A DNA stretch of 64,000 nucleotides from Candidatus Nanohaloarchaea archaeon. GTDB lineage: Archaea; Nanohalarchaeota; Nanosalinia; Nanosalinales; Nanosalinaceae. Made by a program: the position numbers and the translations under genes. Shown in pieces: positions 29,028 to 38,836 of this stretch. Location of the stretch: the NCBI GenBank assembly GCA_042218075.1, contig JBDGRK010000005.1, forward strand, positions 4,716 through 68,715, written 5' to 3'. The first letter of the stretch is position 1. Each line of letters begins with the position of its first letter. A model generated the notes under the pieces. The model did no database searches. It saw only the letters and a list, made by a program, of their open reading frames with translations, and was not told the DNA's origin.

Positions 29028-29465
29028 ATGATACTTACGGGAAAAACCACGCGCGGAAGAGAGAAGAACGTTATTGACTCGATCAGGAGCAAGGTCAAGT
29101 CCGCCAACATGGAGATAAAGGCGGTTTTCAGCCCGAAAGACCTGAAAGGATACATATTCATAGAGGGAGACGAGGCCGCGATTAGAGAACTTCCATCCGA
29201 GATAAGGAATCTTAGAGGAGTCATCGATGAAGAGGTAGATGTGGAAGAGATCGAGAAGTACCTTGATGAGGAGGAAGAGGAGATCAAGATCGAGGAAGGC
29301 GACGAGGTAGAAGTCATAGGTGGAGCATTCAAGGGAGAGGAAGCCAAGGTGAAGAGACTCGACGAGACAAACCACGAAGTCACGATCGAGCTGATCGATG
29401 CCGCGGTTCCAATTCCGACCACTGTGGACATCGACACGGTCAGGAAAAAAGCGTCAACAAACTGA
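29028..29465 (+). CDS. spt5: Transcription elongation factor Spt5
   Basis: LKGYIFIE; KOW motif GDEVEVIGGAFKGE; VPIP. Confidence 0.95.
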   Translation: MILTGKTTRGREKNVIDSIRSKVKSANMEIKAVFSPKDLKGYIFIEGDEAAIRELPSEIRNLRGVIDEEVDVEEIEKYLDEEEEEIKIEEGDEVEVIGGAFKGEEAKVKRLDETNHEVTIELIDAAVPIPTTVDIDTVRKKASTN

Positions 29466-29562
29466 GATGATACCAAAAATGAACACAAAATCCGCAAAAA
29501 CGAAAGCCGTTGAGCGCAAGGGAAGACGGCTTAGGATGATCAAACTCTCCGGGTGAGTTTGG

Positions 29563-30060
29563 ATGGGAGAACAAACTACAATAGAAACACTGGTAGAGGG
29601 CGGATCGGCTTCAGCCGGACCTCCTCTAGGGCCTGAACTCGGACCTCTACCAGCGGATGTGGGAGATGTAGTCTCGGAGATAAACCGGAAGACCGCGGAC
29701 TTCGAGGGCATGGAAGTTCCCGTAGAGGTCGAAGTTGACGAGGATACAGGAGAATTCGAGGTAGAGGTAGGTAAGCCTCCTGTCGCCCAGCTGATATTCG
29801 ACGAAATAGGGATTGACGGGGGATCGGGAGAGCCGAATAGAGATAAGGTTGCGGACATGGACTTCGAAACCGCGTGCAGGATAGCCAGGATGAAAGCCTC
29901 TGATCTGCTTGCGATGGATCTTAGAGGGGCTGTGAAAGAAGTTATTGGATCCGCGGACTCTGCCGGAATCACTGTTGATGGGAAGGACGCCTACGAGGTA
30001 CAGCAGGAGATCGAGGACGGAAAATACGATGACAGGATTGAAGCGGAGGAGGGTATTTGA
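29563..30060 (+). CDS. rpl11: 50S ribosomal protein uL11
   Basis: GGSASAGPPLGPELGP. Confidence 0.97.
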   Translation: MGEQTTIETLVEGGSASAGPPLGPELGPLPADVGDVVSEINRKTADFEGMEVPVEVEVDEDTGEFEVEVGKPPVAQLIFDEIGIDGGSGEPNRDKVADMDFETACRIARMKASDLLAMDLRGAVKEVIGSADSAGITVDGKDAYEVQQEIEDGKYDDRIEAEEGI

Positions 30061-30683
30061 TGGATTTCGAAAATGCGGTTGAACAGGCAGTGGATAACTC
30101 TGAGGAAAGGAACTTTACAGAGTCAGTTGACCTGGTTATCAACTTCAAGGATCTCGACCTTTCAGATCCGGAGAACCGCTTCAACGAGGACTTCAAGCTC
30201 CCCTACAAGGCGGATGAGGAGACAAAGATCGCTGTGATTGGAGACACTATTACTAACAATGCTGACAACGCTGACAGAGTGATTGATGAAGACGAACTCG
30301 AGGAGATGTTCGACGATCCCTCCAGGGCGAAAGATCTGGCGGAAGAGATGAGCTTCATAATCGCGGAGGCTCCTCTGATGCCCAAGATCGGCCAGCAACT
30401 GGGACAGGTGTTCGGCCCGAGAGACATGATGCCGGACCCCATGCAGCCTGGAGAGGATCCAAGCGATGAGATAGAGGAGCTGAGGAACACTGTAACACTG
30501 AGACTGAAGGAGGAACCTCTTCTGCAGGTTAAGATCGGTGAGGAAGACCAGGATCTTGAACAGGTCGGGAGAAACGCTTCCGCAGTATACGAGTTCGTGG
30601 AGGGACAGCTCCCCCAGGGAGCCAACAACGTAAAATCGTTACTTGTAAAGACGACTATGGGATCGCCGGAAGAGGTGGGATGA
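30060..30683 (+). CDS. rpl1: 50S ribosomal protein uL1
   Basis: RNFTESVDL.IN, GPRDMMP, KTTMG. Confidence 0.97.
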   Translation: MDFENAVEQAVDNSEERNFTESVDLVINFKDLDLSDPENRFNEDFKLPYKADEETKIAVIGDTITNNADNADRVIDEDELEEMFDDPSRAKDLAEEMSFIIAEAPLMPKIGQQLGQVFGPRDMMPDPMQPGEDPSDEIEELRNTVTLRLKEEPLLQVKIGEEDQDLEQVGRNASAVYEFVEGQLPQGANNVKSLLVKTTMGSPEEVG

Positions 30684-30776
30684 ATGCGAAGATCGAAGAT
30701 CCGAAAATTCGATGAATTTTCTCTAAGAAATTCCTTGAGGAATTTCGTCTTCAGTATCACCGGAGGTGAAGCCTGA

Positions 30777-32018
30777 ATGGTGCAGCCGACACCCAAGCAG
30801 CTTTCCAGAGATAGGAAGGAAGAGATAGTAGAAGAACTGAAAGAGTTGATCGCGGGAAAACCTGTGATAGGTATTCTCGATATGCATAACCTTCCTTCGA
30901 AGCAGCTCCAGCAGATCAAGAAGGAGATGAAGGACTTCGCGAACATCAGGATGGAGCGGAAGACCCTGATGGAGATCGCCATCGAGGAATCCGATAAAGA
31001 TAGCATAGACTCACTGGAGCCGGGAGAGGCCGTGCAGCCAGCGTTTATATTCTCGGAGAAGGACCCCTTCCAGCTCTACTCACTGATACAGAATAACAAG
31101 ACGAGTGCGGCGGCTCAGGGAGGAGAAGAAGCACCCGACGATATTGAAATCCCTGAAGGAGACACGGGAATCGGTCCAGGCCCGATGCTAGGCAAGCTGC
31201 AGGGAGCGGGACTACAGGTACAGGTCGAGGACGGGTCAATCCATGTTCAAGAGTCAGGAATTCTGGTCGGGAGAGGTGAAACGATTTCGAATGAAGACGC
31301 TGAGATACTCAACCAGGTCGGTATTGAGCCTCTGGAGATTGGCCTTGACCTCAAGGTGGCTTACAGCGGCGGAGAAGTATTCAGGAGAGAGGATCTTGAC
31401 ATCGATACGGAAGCCTACAGACAGGACCTAGAGGCCGCGGCTTCTGGCGGATTCAACCTTGCAGTCAATACTGGAATAGTGAACGAGAGGACGATAGTAT
31501 CAATAATTTCGAAAGCCGTGACGGAAGCGAAGAACCTTTCGATAAGCGAAGGTCTTCCCGAGGAAGAAACGGTAGAAGAAGCTGTATCGTACGCAAACTC
31601 AGGGGCTGAAAGTCTCGAAGCGGAGATAGACCTGGATGTAGTTGAAGTGGAAGAAGGAGATGAAGACGAAAGTGAACAGGAAGAAAACGAAGCTGAGGAA
31701 AATGAGGAAGAAAGGGATAAAGAAGAAGAGAAGGATGAGTCTGGGGAAGAAGATCAGGAAGAATCCGAGGAAGAGGATCAGAAAGACAAAGAAAAGGAGG
31801 GGGCTGAAGAAGAGGAAAGTAGCGAATCAGAGGAGGAAACTGAAGAACCGGAGACCGATGATGTTGATTACGGGGAAATTGTCTCGGGAACGATCAGCGA
31901 CGCGAAGGAAGAGCTCCAGGAAGTTGAAAATCCTGACTGGGAGGCAGCGCTGGAAGCGGAGAAAGAAAACAAGGATAGATCTACATTCAAGGACTGGCTT
32001 GAAGGAAAGACAGAATAA
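30777..32018 (+). CDS. rpl10: 50S ribosomal protein uL10 (P0) with acidic linker and extra C-terminal domain
   Basis: LQQIK, GDTGIGPGP, L.QVGIEP, FNLAVN; then a long Glu-rich stretch and a helical tail. Confidence 0.95.
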   Translation: MVQPTPKQLSRDRKEEIVEELKELIAGKPVIGILDMHNLPSKQLQQIKKEMKDFANIRMERKTLMEIAIEESDKDSIDSLEPGEAVQPAFIFSEKDPFQLYSLIQNNKTSAAAQGGEEAPDDIEIPEGDTGIGPGPMLGKLQGAGLQVQVEDGSIHVQESGILVGRGETISNEDAEILNQVGIEPLEIGLDLKVAYSGGEVFRREDLDIDTEAYRQDLEAAASGGFNLAVNTGIVNERTIVSIISKAVTEAKNLSISEGLPEEETVEEAVSYANSGAESLEAEIDLDVVEVEEGDEDESEQEENEAEENEEERDKEEEKDESGEEDQEESEEEDQKDKEKEGAEEEESSESEEETEEPETDDVDYGEIVSGTISDAKEELQEVENPDWEAALEAEKENKDRSTFKDWLEGKTE

Positions 32019-32056
32019 TAGCCAAATAATTTTATTCTCTTCAACAAATCAGTGAC

Positions 32057-33502
32057 ATGCGGAAACTTCTGGTTCTGTGGGTACTGGGTCTACTAATCAC
32101 AGTGCCGATAGCCGCGCAAGGTCAGAACAGTTACCCTGATTGCAGCGAAGGTGAGGTGATCCTGGAGCCTCTGGATGGATCAACCACGTCCGACTATCCA
32201 GCGGAATTCAGGGGCTGTATAAAGTCGGGAGATGATATAGACAGGATATACACCATCGTGAAACAGACCGATAGGCTTGGTTCGACGATTCCGAAAACTT
32301 CTGAACACGGAGTCCTTTACCAGGACACACGTTTCTCCAGTGATCTATCAGGATACTGTACTGGAGAGGGATGCAGTATCGGGAACCAGAAACTTTCGCT
32401 CGAAAAAGATGGCGATCAGATAGGAGTTAAGCTGAAGCTGAACGGGGGAAAAAGTATTAAAGACGGGGTTGTGATGACGGAGGCCGTTTTGATACCCAAC
32501 GAGAAAATCCCTCTTGGCGGAAAACCTCTTGAAGAGAAGATGCGGGCGGCCTGTGGAAAAAAGGGTAGTGAGTGTATTGATGGCGCGGAAAACTCATACG
32601 ACAGGGCAACCCTCAGGGTGGGAGGAAGCAGTTTCAAATGGGGAAGCAGATTTACCGTAAGACCGGGAATGACAATCGACCTGAGTCAGGGAAATACGGG
32701 ATGTTCTGGAACTCTTGATGTAACTTCCTCAGCAAACTATGTACACCTGAAGTTCAATTCGAAGGTGGTCAGGCTGACAGACAAGGTGCATGCCCCGGAC
32801 CAGGATATGCCCAGGCTGGGAGAGAACCGTATATTAAGTGGCGAGGTAACAGGAGGAGTCAAGGTAACACATCACGAATCCGGCGAGGGAACGACTGCAG
32901 ATATAACTCTGGAGTGTATTAAAGAGGAGAAGAGTAGTTCGGGAAGGTTTCTTGAGCTGAGCAGAGGAGAGGTCACGCTGGGACAGAAAATTACGATAAG
33001 AGTCAAGAACACCGATGCAGAGCAGCTGAAGAACGGCTGGAAGGTTCTTGTGAAAAATCCTGGAGGCAAGAGAGTTGGACCGACAACAGGCTGGAGTCCA
33101 GAGAAGATTGAGTTTTCACCCCGGAAAACGGGAAGCTACAGTGTGATGCTGAAGGAAAAGCCGGGCACTCTGAGGAGATTCTTCGCGATGATCAATCCCT
33201 GGGCAAGTATAGATACTATTGAAAAGGCCGGGTTTAGCGTGAGCGGGGACTACCGGATCCTTAAGGCCTGTCCTGTGGAGGAGGGCTCTTCAGCTGTTAA
33301 GAGCTGTCTTGAAAATAAGTGCGGCGGGAATATACCCAGGAGCTATGCATCAGTGAAGCAGAAATCACCTGAATGCAGGAAACTTGTCGGCTCTGCATGT
33401 TCGTACGCTGTAACATCGGTAGGGATAGAAAGCAGCAGTGTTGCGGCGTGCGACGCTTTATCGAACTGGAAGGCCAGGAAGGGAGGTGGAGGCTCTGAAT
33501 AA
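32057..33502 (+). CDS. Secreted Cys-rich hypothetical protein
   Basis: Signal peptide, many Cys, relatively Lys-rich for this proteome. Confidence 0.75.
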   Translation: MRKLLVLWVLGLLITVPIAAQGQNSYPDCSEGEVILEPLDGSTTSDYPAEFRGCIKSGDDIDRIYTIVKQTDRLGSTIPKTSEHGVLYQDTRFSSDLSGYCTGEGCSIGNQKLSLEKDGDQIGVKLKLNGGKSIKDGVVMTEAVLIPNEKIPLGGKPLEEKMRAACGKKGSECIDGAENSYDRATLRVGGSSFKWGSRFTVRPGMTIDLSQGNTGCSGTLDVTSSANYVHLKFNSKVVRLTDKVHAPDQDMPRLGENRILSGEVTGGVKVTHHESGEGTTADITLECIKEEKSSSGRFLELSRGEVTLGQKITIRVKNTDAEQLKNGWKVLVKNPGGKRVGPTTGWSPEKIEFSPRKTGSYSVMLKEKPGTLRRFFAMINPWASIDTIEKAGFSVSGDYRILKACPVEEGSSAVKSCLENKCGGNIPRSYASVKQKSPECRKLVGSACSYAVTSVGIESSSVAACDALSNWKARKGGGGSE

Positions 33503-33746
33503 GACCATGGGACTGCTGATCGCGGCCACGGCAATACTAATGGCCGGCCTCCTGATTCTCACAGTATTCAACAGCCGGATAGGCCTGTTCGGAGAGCAGG
33601 CAGACACCGCAAAGAAGGACATCGGATGCCAGAAGTATAACAAGAGGTATGTTCAGGGTGGAAACCCGGAGTCGATTACAGGCCAGTGCTCAAGCGGTCC
33701 ACAGCTCCAGAAGAAACGCAATGTCTACCAGGCTCTGGGCGATTAA
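33486..33746 (+). CDS. Small pilin-like membrane protein
   Basis: GTG start overlapping the upstream gene; NKTMGLLIAATAILMAGLLILTVF helix followed by two Cys. Confidence 0.6.
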   Translation: MEALNKTMGLLIAATAILMAGLLILTVFNSRIGLFGEQADTAKKDIGCQKYNKRYVQGGNPESITGQCSSGPQLQKKRNVYQALGD

Positions 33747-34444
33747 CCTAGAATCTCAGCAGACCTTTCCTTCTCCTCACTCAGTATGGACCCCAGCTCC
33801 TCGGAATCGTTCCGGGCCAGGGCCAGCCTGTAACGCTTTGAACGGGAGTAGAGTCTTTTATCTATGGTCTCAGGATCCAACTTTCTATCGCTCAGGATTA
33901 CTTTCTCTTCCCTTATTTCGCCTATTTCATCCACTTCAGCCCTGAATTCCCTCCGGTAATCTAAACTGGAACAGATCAAGCTGATAGACTTGGGAAACCT
34001 TACCTCTTGGCCTGATCTGCTGTAAATTCTGGGCTCCACGCCGAAAGAATCAGCGAGCAGAACACTAAATCTCTCGGCCAGTGAGCGCTCAGGGGTGTAG
34101 TAAACAGGTACTCCATCACTATTGGTTGAGACTGAAACCTCTAGACGGGTGAGAAATTCCCGGGAGACTTCTATCGGTAAATCAGTGTAGATCAGTTCAC
34201 TCCTACCTCCTGCCTTGAAGCCCTTTATCCTGGCTCCATCTTCCAGGAATTCTCTCACCAGTGATGCAGGAATCGACAGCTCCTTGTTTCTCCAGTTGTA
34301 GAGCCTTGATCTATCAAATCCATAGGATTCTGCAACCGGGCCTATACCCCTATCCTCGACTTTCTCCCAGAACAGTCTCTTTCCTTCCTCCGTGAGCTTC
34401 AGTCTGATGTCATCGGGAATCTCTCCCAGTCCTATCTCTTTCAT
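33743..34444 (-). CDS. HTH-containing protein, probably degenerate LAGLIDADG-derived
   Basis: VAESYGFDRSRLYNWRN HTH; IP.S; LPIEVSREF; YYTPERSLAERF...FGVEP. Confidence 0.5.
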   Translation of the reverse strand: MKEIGLGEIPDDIRLKLTEEGKRLFWEKVEDRGIGPVAESYGFDRSRLYNWRNKELSIPASLVREFLEDGARIKGFKAGGRSELIYTDLPIEVSREFLTRLEVSVSTNSDGVPVYYTPERSLAERFSVLLADSFGVEPRIYSRSGQEVRFPKSISLICSSLDYRREFRAEVDEIGEIREEKVILSDRKLDPETIDKRLYSRSKRYRLALARNDSEELGSILSEEKERSAEILG

Positions 34445-34510
34445 CTATAATCAGCTATGAAAGATGTCTTTTTAAGAGTAAAGTTGAATTTCAAGTTAAG
34501 GTAGATCAAG

Positions 34511-34828
34511 ATGGAACTAGTTTACGCAGCACTGACACTTCACGAGGCAGGAAAGGAAGTCAACGAGGAAAACCTCCAGTCTATAGTAGATGCAGCCGAT
34601 CTTGATGTAGAAGATACAGAGATCAAGGCAATAGTCGCGGCCCTGGAAGATGTTGATATAGAAGACGCGATGGAGACAGCGGTCGCAGGAGGAGCAGCAC
34701 CTGCAGCATCGGGAGGTTCAACTGAGGAAGACTCAGAAGAAGCTGAAGAAGAGGAAGCAGATGAAGAGCCTGAGGACGAAGGAGCAGACGAGGAAGAAGC
34801 CGCTGAAGGACTGGGCGATCTTTTCTGA
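34511..34828 (+). CDS. rpl12: 50S ribosomal protein P1 (L12)
   Basis: MELVYAALTLH...acidic tail GLGDLF. Confidence 0.97.
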   Translation: MELVYAALTLHEAGKEVNEENLQSIVDAADLDVEDTEIKAIVAALEDVDIEDAMETAVAGGAAPAASGGSTEEDSEEAEEEEADEEPEDEGADEEEAAEGLGDLF

Positions 34829-34901
34829 CCCACATTTTAGCTTTTCTTTATTATCCAGCGGTTTCGAACAGGATAAAAAAATTCTCTGGGTATAGCTTAA
34901 C

Positions 34902-37691
34902 ATGCCCGCACTTGAAAAACTCAAGAAGGAGATCAAGGAAGAAGCATCGGAGAAACCGGATAAGTTCTTCGCGACGGAGATACTGAGGCAGCAGGGATAC
35001 AAGAGGTCGGAGTGCTCCAGCTGCGGTATCTACTTCTGGAGCAGAGATGAGAGCAGGGAAGTATGCGGTGAACCTGACTGTTCCGGCGGATACACTTTCA
35101 TCGGGGATTCTCCCACGGAAGAGAAATTGACCCATGCAGAGAGCTGGAAGCTTTTCTCCGATTTCATGGAACAGAGAGGATATAGCTCCATCGACCGCTA
35201 CCCTGTGATAGCAAGGTGGAGAGATGACGTTGAGTTCACAGGCGCATCCATCTACTGCTTCCAGCCGTATGTTGTTTCAGGGGAGGCCGAGCCTCCCGCA
35301 GATGAGCTGGTGATACCGCAGCCCAGCCTGAGGTTTAATGACGTTGACAACGTAGGTATTACAGGCAGGCATTACACCAACTTTACCATGATAGGCCAGA
35401 CCTGCTTCCAGCCCCCGGAGAAATACGACCGGGACCGCTACTTCCGCGACATGATGGATTTTACCTCTGAAGCGCTGGGTATACCGGAGGAGAAGATGAT
35501 CTTCCACGAGGAGGCGTGGGGTGGAGGGGGAAACCTGGGGCCATGCATGGAGTGCTTTGTGGATGGGTTGGAGCTGTGGAACCAGGTCTACATGCTCTAC
35601 GAGATCACACCTGAGGGATACCAGGAGCTGGATCTCCAGGTGCTGGACATGGGTATGGGCCACGAAAGGATCACCTGGATTTCAAGAGGAACGGAGACCT
35701 CTTACGAGAGCGTGATGCCGGAGACCCTGGAAAGGATGAAGCAGCGAACGGGAATAGAGGTTGACAGAGAAGTGTGGGAGAAATTTCTCCCGTACTCCTC
35801 CTACCTCAATATAGATGAGGTCGAAGATATCGAGGAAGAATGGAAAAAAGTTGCAAAAGAGATGGATATGGAAGTTGAAGAACTGAAAGATGAGATAAAA
35901 CCTGTGGCGGCACTCTACTCTATCGCTGAACACGCCCGAGCATTACTCTTCGCCCTGGCCGATGGCAAGCTTCCCTCAAACACGGGTGGAGGCCACAACC
36001 TCAGGATGGTCTACAGGAGAGCACAGGATTTCATCGAAAAATATGAATGGGATCTTGAAATGGGAGAGGTTGCGGAGTGGAATGCGGAGGAGCTGGAGCA
36101 AATATTCCCTGAACTCCTGGAGTCTATAGATGAGGTGAGGGAGATACTCCAGATAGAGCAGGAAAAGTACAGGAAAGCAAGGAGAAAAGCTCGGCAGAAA
36201 CTTGATGAAGTCGACTCCCAGCCCTCGCTGGAGAAGATGGTAGAGCTCTACGAATCGCATGGTGTCTCTCCCAAGATGATGGAAGACCGCGGCTTCAGTG
36301 TACCGGAGGATTTCTACGCCAAGGTCGCATCGGAGGATGAGTCGAAAGTGGAGGGGGAGGAAAAATTCGATCTTGAGGGAGTGGAGGATACAGAACTGCT
36401 CTTCTATGGAGATGAAACCCGGAAGGAGATGGAGGCGGAAGTTGTCGCGACCAGGAGAGAATGGGTTGTGCTGGACAGGACGGTCTTCTACCCTGAGGGA
36501 GGAGGACAGGAAGCTGATAGAGGAAAGATTATTCACGAAGGAGAAAGTTACAGGGTTTCAGATGTACAGAAGCAGGGAGGAGTTGTACTCCACAGAGTTC
36601 CCGGTCATGGGCTGGAGAAAGGAGATAGAATCGAGGGAAGCATAGAGTGGGAGAGGAGGAGACAGCTGATGCAGCACCACTCAACGACTCATATGGTGAA
36701 CGGAGCTTCAGTTGAGCTTCTTGGGGATCATGTATACCAGGCCGGAGCGCACAAGACGGTGGAGAAAGCAAGGCTGGACATCACTCACTACGAGAAGCTT
36801 TCAAGGCAGGAGCTGGACAGTATCGAAGAAAAGGTAAGATCGATGATCTGGAACGACCTGGATATTGAGAAAGAGGTGCTGGAGAAGTCAGCTGCGGAGC
36901 AGAGGCACGGTTTCAGGATATACCAGGGAGGCGCTCCGCCAGGAGATGAAGTCAGGATAGTCAAGATTCTGGACGAGGGAGGGATAGTGGACGTGGAGGC
37001 GTGCGGAGGTACACACCTTGACTCGACTTCAGAGGCAGAAGATTTCATTATTGTCGGCAGCAACAAGGTGCAGGATGGAGTTATCAGACTTAATTATAGG
37101 GCCGGAGAGGCCGCGAGGCAGTACCTGAACCGGATCGAGAGCAGGATAGAAGAAATATCTGAAATGCTCGGGTTTGAAGAACCAGACAATCACAGGCAGG
37201 CAGAGAGAGAGCTAGAAGAAGTTTTCTCAGTGGATGCGGATAATCTTGTGTCGACCCTCGAAAACTTCAGGCAGGAAAACGAGGAGCTGGCCCACCGGAT
37301 AAAGAAACTTGCAGATTATCTTGAGAGAGGTGCAGAGATACCGGAAATAGATGGAGAAACCCTGATCGAAAGAGCGGAAAGCCTGTTTGAAACGAGAAAG
37401 CAGAGGGAGAAAAAACTTGAAGAACTTGAGTCAGGTCTGGAGCAGAAGCTGAAAGACGAAATGGTTGACCGTGTGATTGAGGAGGAAATACCCACGGAGA
37501 ATATCGGTCTGCTGATACAGCTGGCGAGGGAACTGGCGAGAGACTACCAGGCCTCTGTGACCCTAGTCGGGGAGGAAGGTGCTGTCTCAGCCTCCTACCA
37601 CGAGGATTTCGATGCCGATCTCAACCTTGAGAAGTACTCCGACAGTGTGGAAGGAGATGAAAACTTAGCAAAGGCTTTCGACATTCAGTAG
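34902..37691 (+). CDS. alaS: Alanine--tRNA ligase (archaeal type)
   Basis: RYPVIARWRDD, LRFND, DMGMGHER, FYPEGGGQ, HSTTH, CGGTH. Confidence 0.97.
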   Translation: MPALEKLKKEIKEEASEKPDKFFATEILRQQGYKRSECSSCGIYFWSRDESREVCGEPDCSGGYTFIGDSPTEEKLTHAESWKLFSDFMEQRGYSSIDRYPVIARWRDDVEFTGASIYCFQPYVVSGEAEPPADELVIPQPSLRFNDVDNVGITGRHYTNFTMIGQTCFQPPEKYDRDRYFRDMMDFTSEALGIPEEKMIFHEEAWGGGGNLGPCMECFVDGLELWNQVYMLYEITPEGYQELDLQVLDMGMGHERITWISRGTETSYESVMPETLERMKQRTGIEVDREVWEKFLPYSSYLNIDEVEDIEEEWKKVAKEMDMEVEELKDEIKPVAALYSIAEHARALLFALADGKLPSNTGGGHNLRMVYRRAQDFIEKYEWDLEMGEVAEWNAEELEQIFPELLESIDEVREILQIEQEKYRKARRKARQKLDEVDSQPSLEKMVELYESHGVSPKMMEDRGFSVPEDFYAKVASEDESKVEGEEKFDLEGVEDTELLFYGDETRKEMEAEVVATRREWVVLDRTVFYPEGGGQEADRGKIIHEGESYRVSDVQKQGGVVLHRVPGHGLEKGDRIEGSIEWERRRQLMQHHSTTHMVNGASVELLGDHVYQAGAHKTVEKARLDITHYEKLSRQELDSIEEKVRSMIWNDLDIEKEVLEKSAAEQRHGFRIYQGGAPPGDEVRIVKILDEGGIVDVEACGGTHLDSTSEAEDFIIVGSNKVQDGVIRLNYRAGEAARQYLNRIESRIEEISEMLGFEEPDNHRQAERELEEVFSVDADNLVSTLENFRQENEELAHRIKKLADYLERGAEIPEIDGETLIERAESLFETRKQREKKLEELESGLEQKLKDEMVDRVIEEEIPTENIGLLIQLARELARDYQASVTLVGEEGAVSASYHEDFDADLNLEKYSDSVEGDENLAKAFDIQ

Positions 37692-38296
37692 CTCCTGTCA
37701 GCAGAAGTTCCCGGACACCCGATGCCGTGGAAAGAAGCCTGGTTCCCGACCGCGTCTACTCTTATAGTTCCGTCACCCTTCATGACTTTGGAAGTCTCTC
37801 CAATCTTCTCACCGTTCCTGAAGACTTCCAGCACCACTCTCGCCTCTTTGACTGTTGTTACTTCGGCGACTGTCTGTCCTCCTTCAGCTGTTACGGAATA
37901 CATTTTCACTCCGACGCACTGTTTCTCCGGCTCTGTAACCTGGGACTGCTGTAGAAGGTAACCTGACCCTGCCACCACCACTAGAATGATCAGTATAGCA
38001 AGGTGTTTCAAACCGAGTCTAGAAAGCAGGTTGCCACCCAAAAAACCAGGAAAGTCAAGGTCAAGCCTTTCCGATTTCCCTCCTGCCGAATCATCCTCCT
38101 CTTCTTCGACCTGGCTGTCATTTCCGGAAAATTCGAATGGGTCTTCCTCAACTTCTTTTCCATTGAATGGCGCCTTTACTTCCTCCAATATAGAGGGATC
38201 ATGTCCGGTGTTCTCAAGAGAGTTCTTTATTCTTTCCTCATCAACACCTTCATCGAGCTTGTCCTCGACCCATTCTCTGATTTTTTCCTCCGACAT
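37685..38296 (-). CDS. Membrane-anchored hypothetical protein
   Basis: N-terminus paralogous to 319..939; one TM; small two-Cys beta domain. Confidence 0.7.
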   Translation of the reverse strand: MSEEKIREWVEDKLDEGVDEERIKNSLENTGHDPSILEEVKAPFNGKEVEEDPFEFSGNDSQVEEEEDDSAGGKSERLDLDFPGFLGGNLLSRLGLKHLAILIILVVVAGSGYLLQQSQVTEPEKQCVGVKMYSVTAEGGQTVAEVTTVKEARVVLEVFRNGEKIGETSKVMKGDGTIRVDAVGNQASFHGIGCPGTSADRSY

Positions 38297-38329
38297 GATT
38301 CTTTATTGTAAGAGGTGACTAAAAAAGCT

Positions 38330-38836
38330 CTACAGGCACTTCGCCGAAACTCCGCCGCCCTGGAGACTCCTGAAGCTGTTGCAGACGGCATCGGAAACTG
38401 TAGAAACTGTTACATTCTCCGGTTGTGCGGTGCCTCTTGCGCCCAAAACTAGAACAGATGGAAACTCAGCTATTCCATACTGTATCATCAGATCGGATCC
38501 CTCAGATGAGTTGACAAGGCTGACGTAGACCCTGTCCCCGAACTTCTGGCTCACCTGCCTCAACTGCTGAAGCTCCTGCCTCTGCTGATCTGTCTCGTAG
38601 TATGCGTTGACGAAAACAACATCGTGGTATCTCACAAGAGCATTCACTTCTCTCACGTCCATGCCCAGGCCTCCGGTCCTGAAGTTTTTCGATGGCAGCG
38701 AAGCGTTGAATTCTTCCTGGCTGCTACCGCCTCCTCCACCTGTTATCCCGGCGTAGCTCGCGATTCCTCCGAAGGCAAAACCACCTCCTATAAGCAGAGC
38801 AACCACAAATATTCCGTACTGGGTCCAGTCAGCCAT
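38330..38836 (-). CDS. Membrane-anchored thioredoxin-like protein without CxxC
   Basis: N-terminal TM; VFVNAYY...QYGIAEFPSVLV Trx-like pattern. Confidence 0.55.
   Translation of the reverse strand: MADWTQYGIFVVALLIGGGFAFGGIASYAGITGGGGGSSQEEFNASLPSKNFRTGGLGMDVREVNALVRYHDVVFVNAYYETDQQRQELQQLRQVSQKFGDRVYVSLVNSSEGSDLMIQYGIAEFPSVLVLGARGTAQPENVTVSTVSDAVCNSFRSLQGGGVSAKCL

Noticed and set aside
28889-31006. Long antisense ORFs over spt5/rpl11/rpl1 (and similar shadows at 20424, 27256, 45163)
   Set aside because: Ser/Phe/Leu-rich mirror frames produced by GAR/GAY-rich acidic coding strands.
31640-31860. GAA/GAG-rich tandem DNA repeat
   Set aside because: It simply encodes the Glu-rich uL10 linker, with no fixed period.
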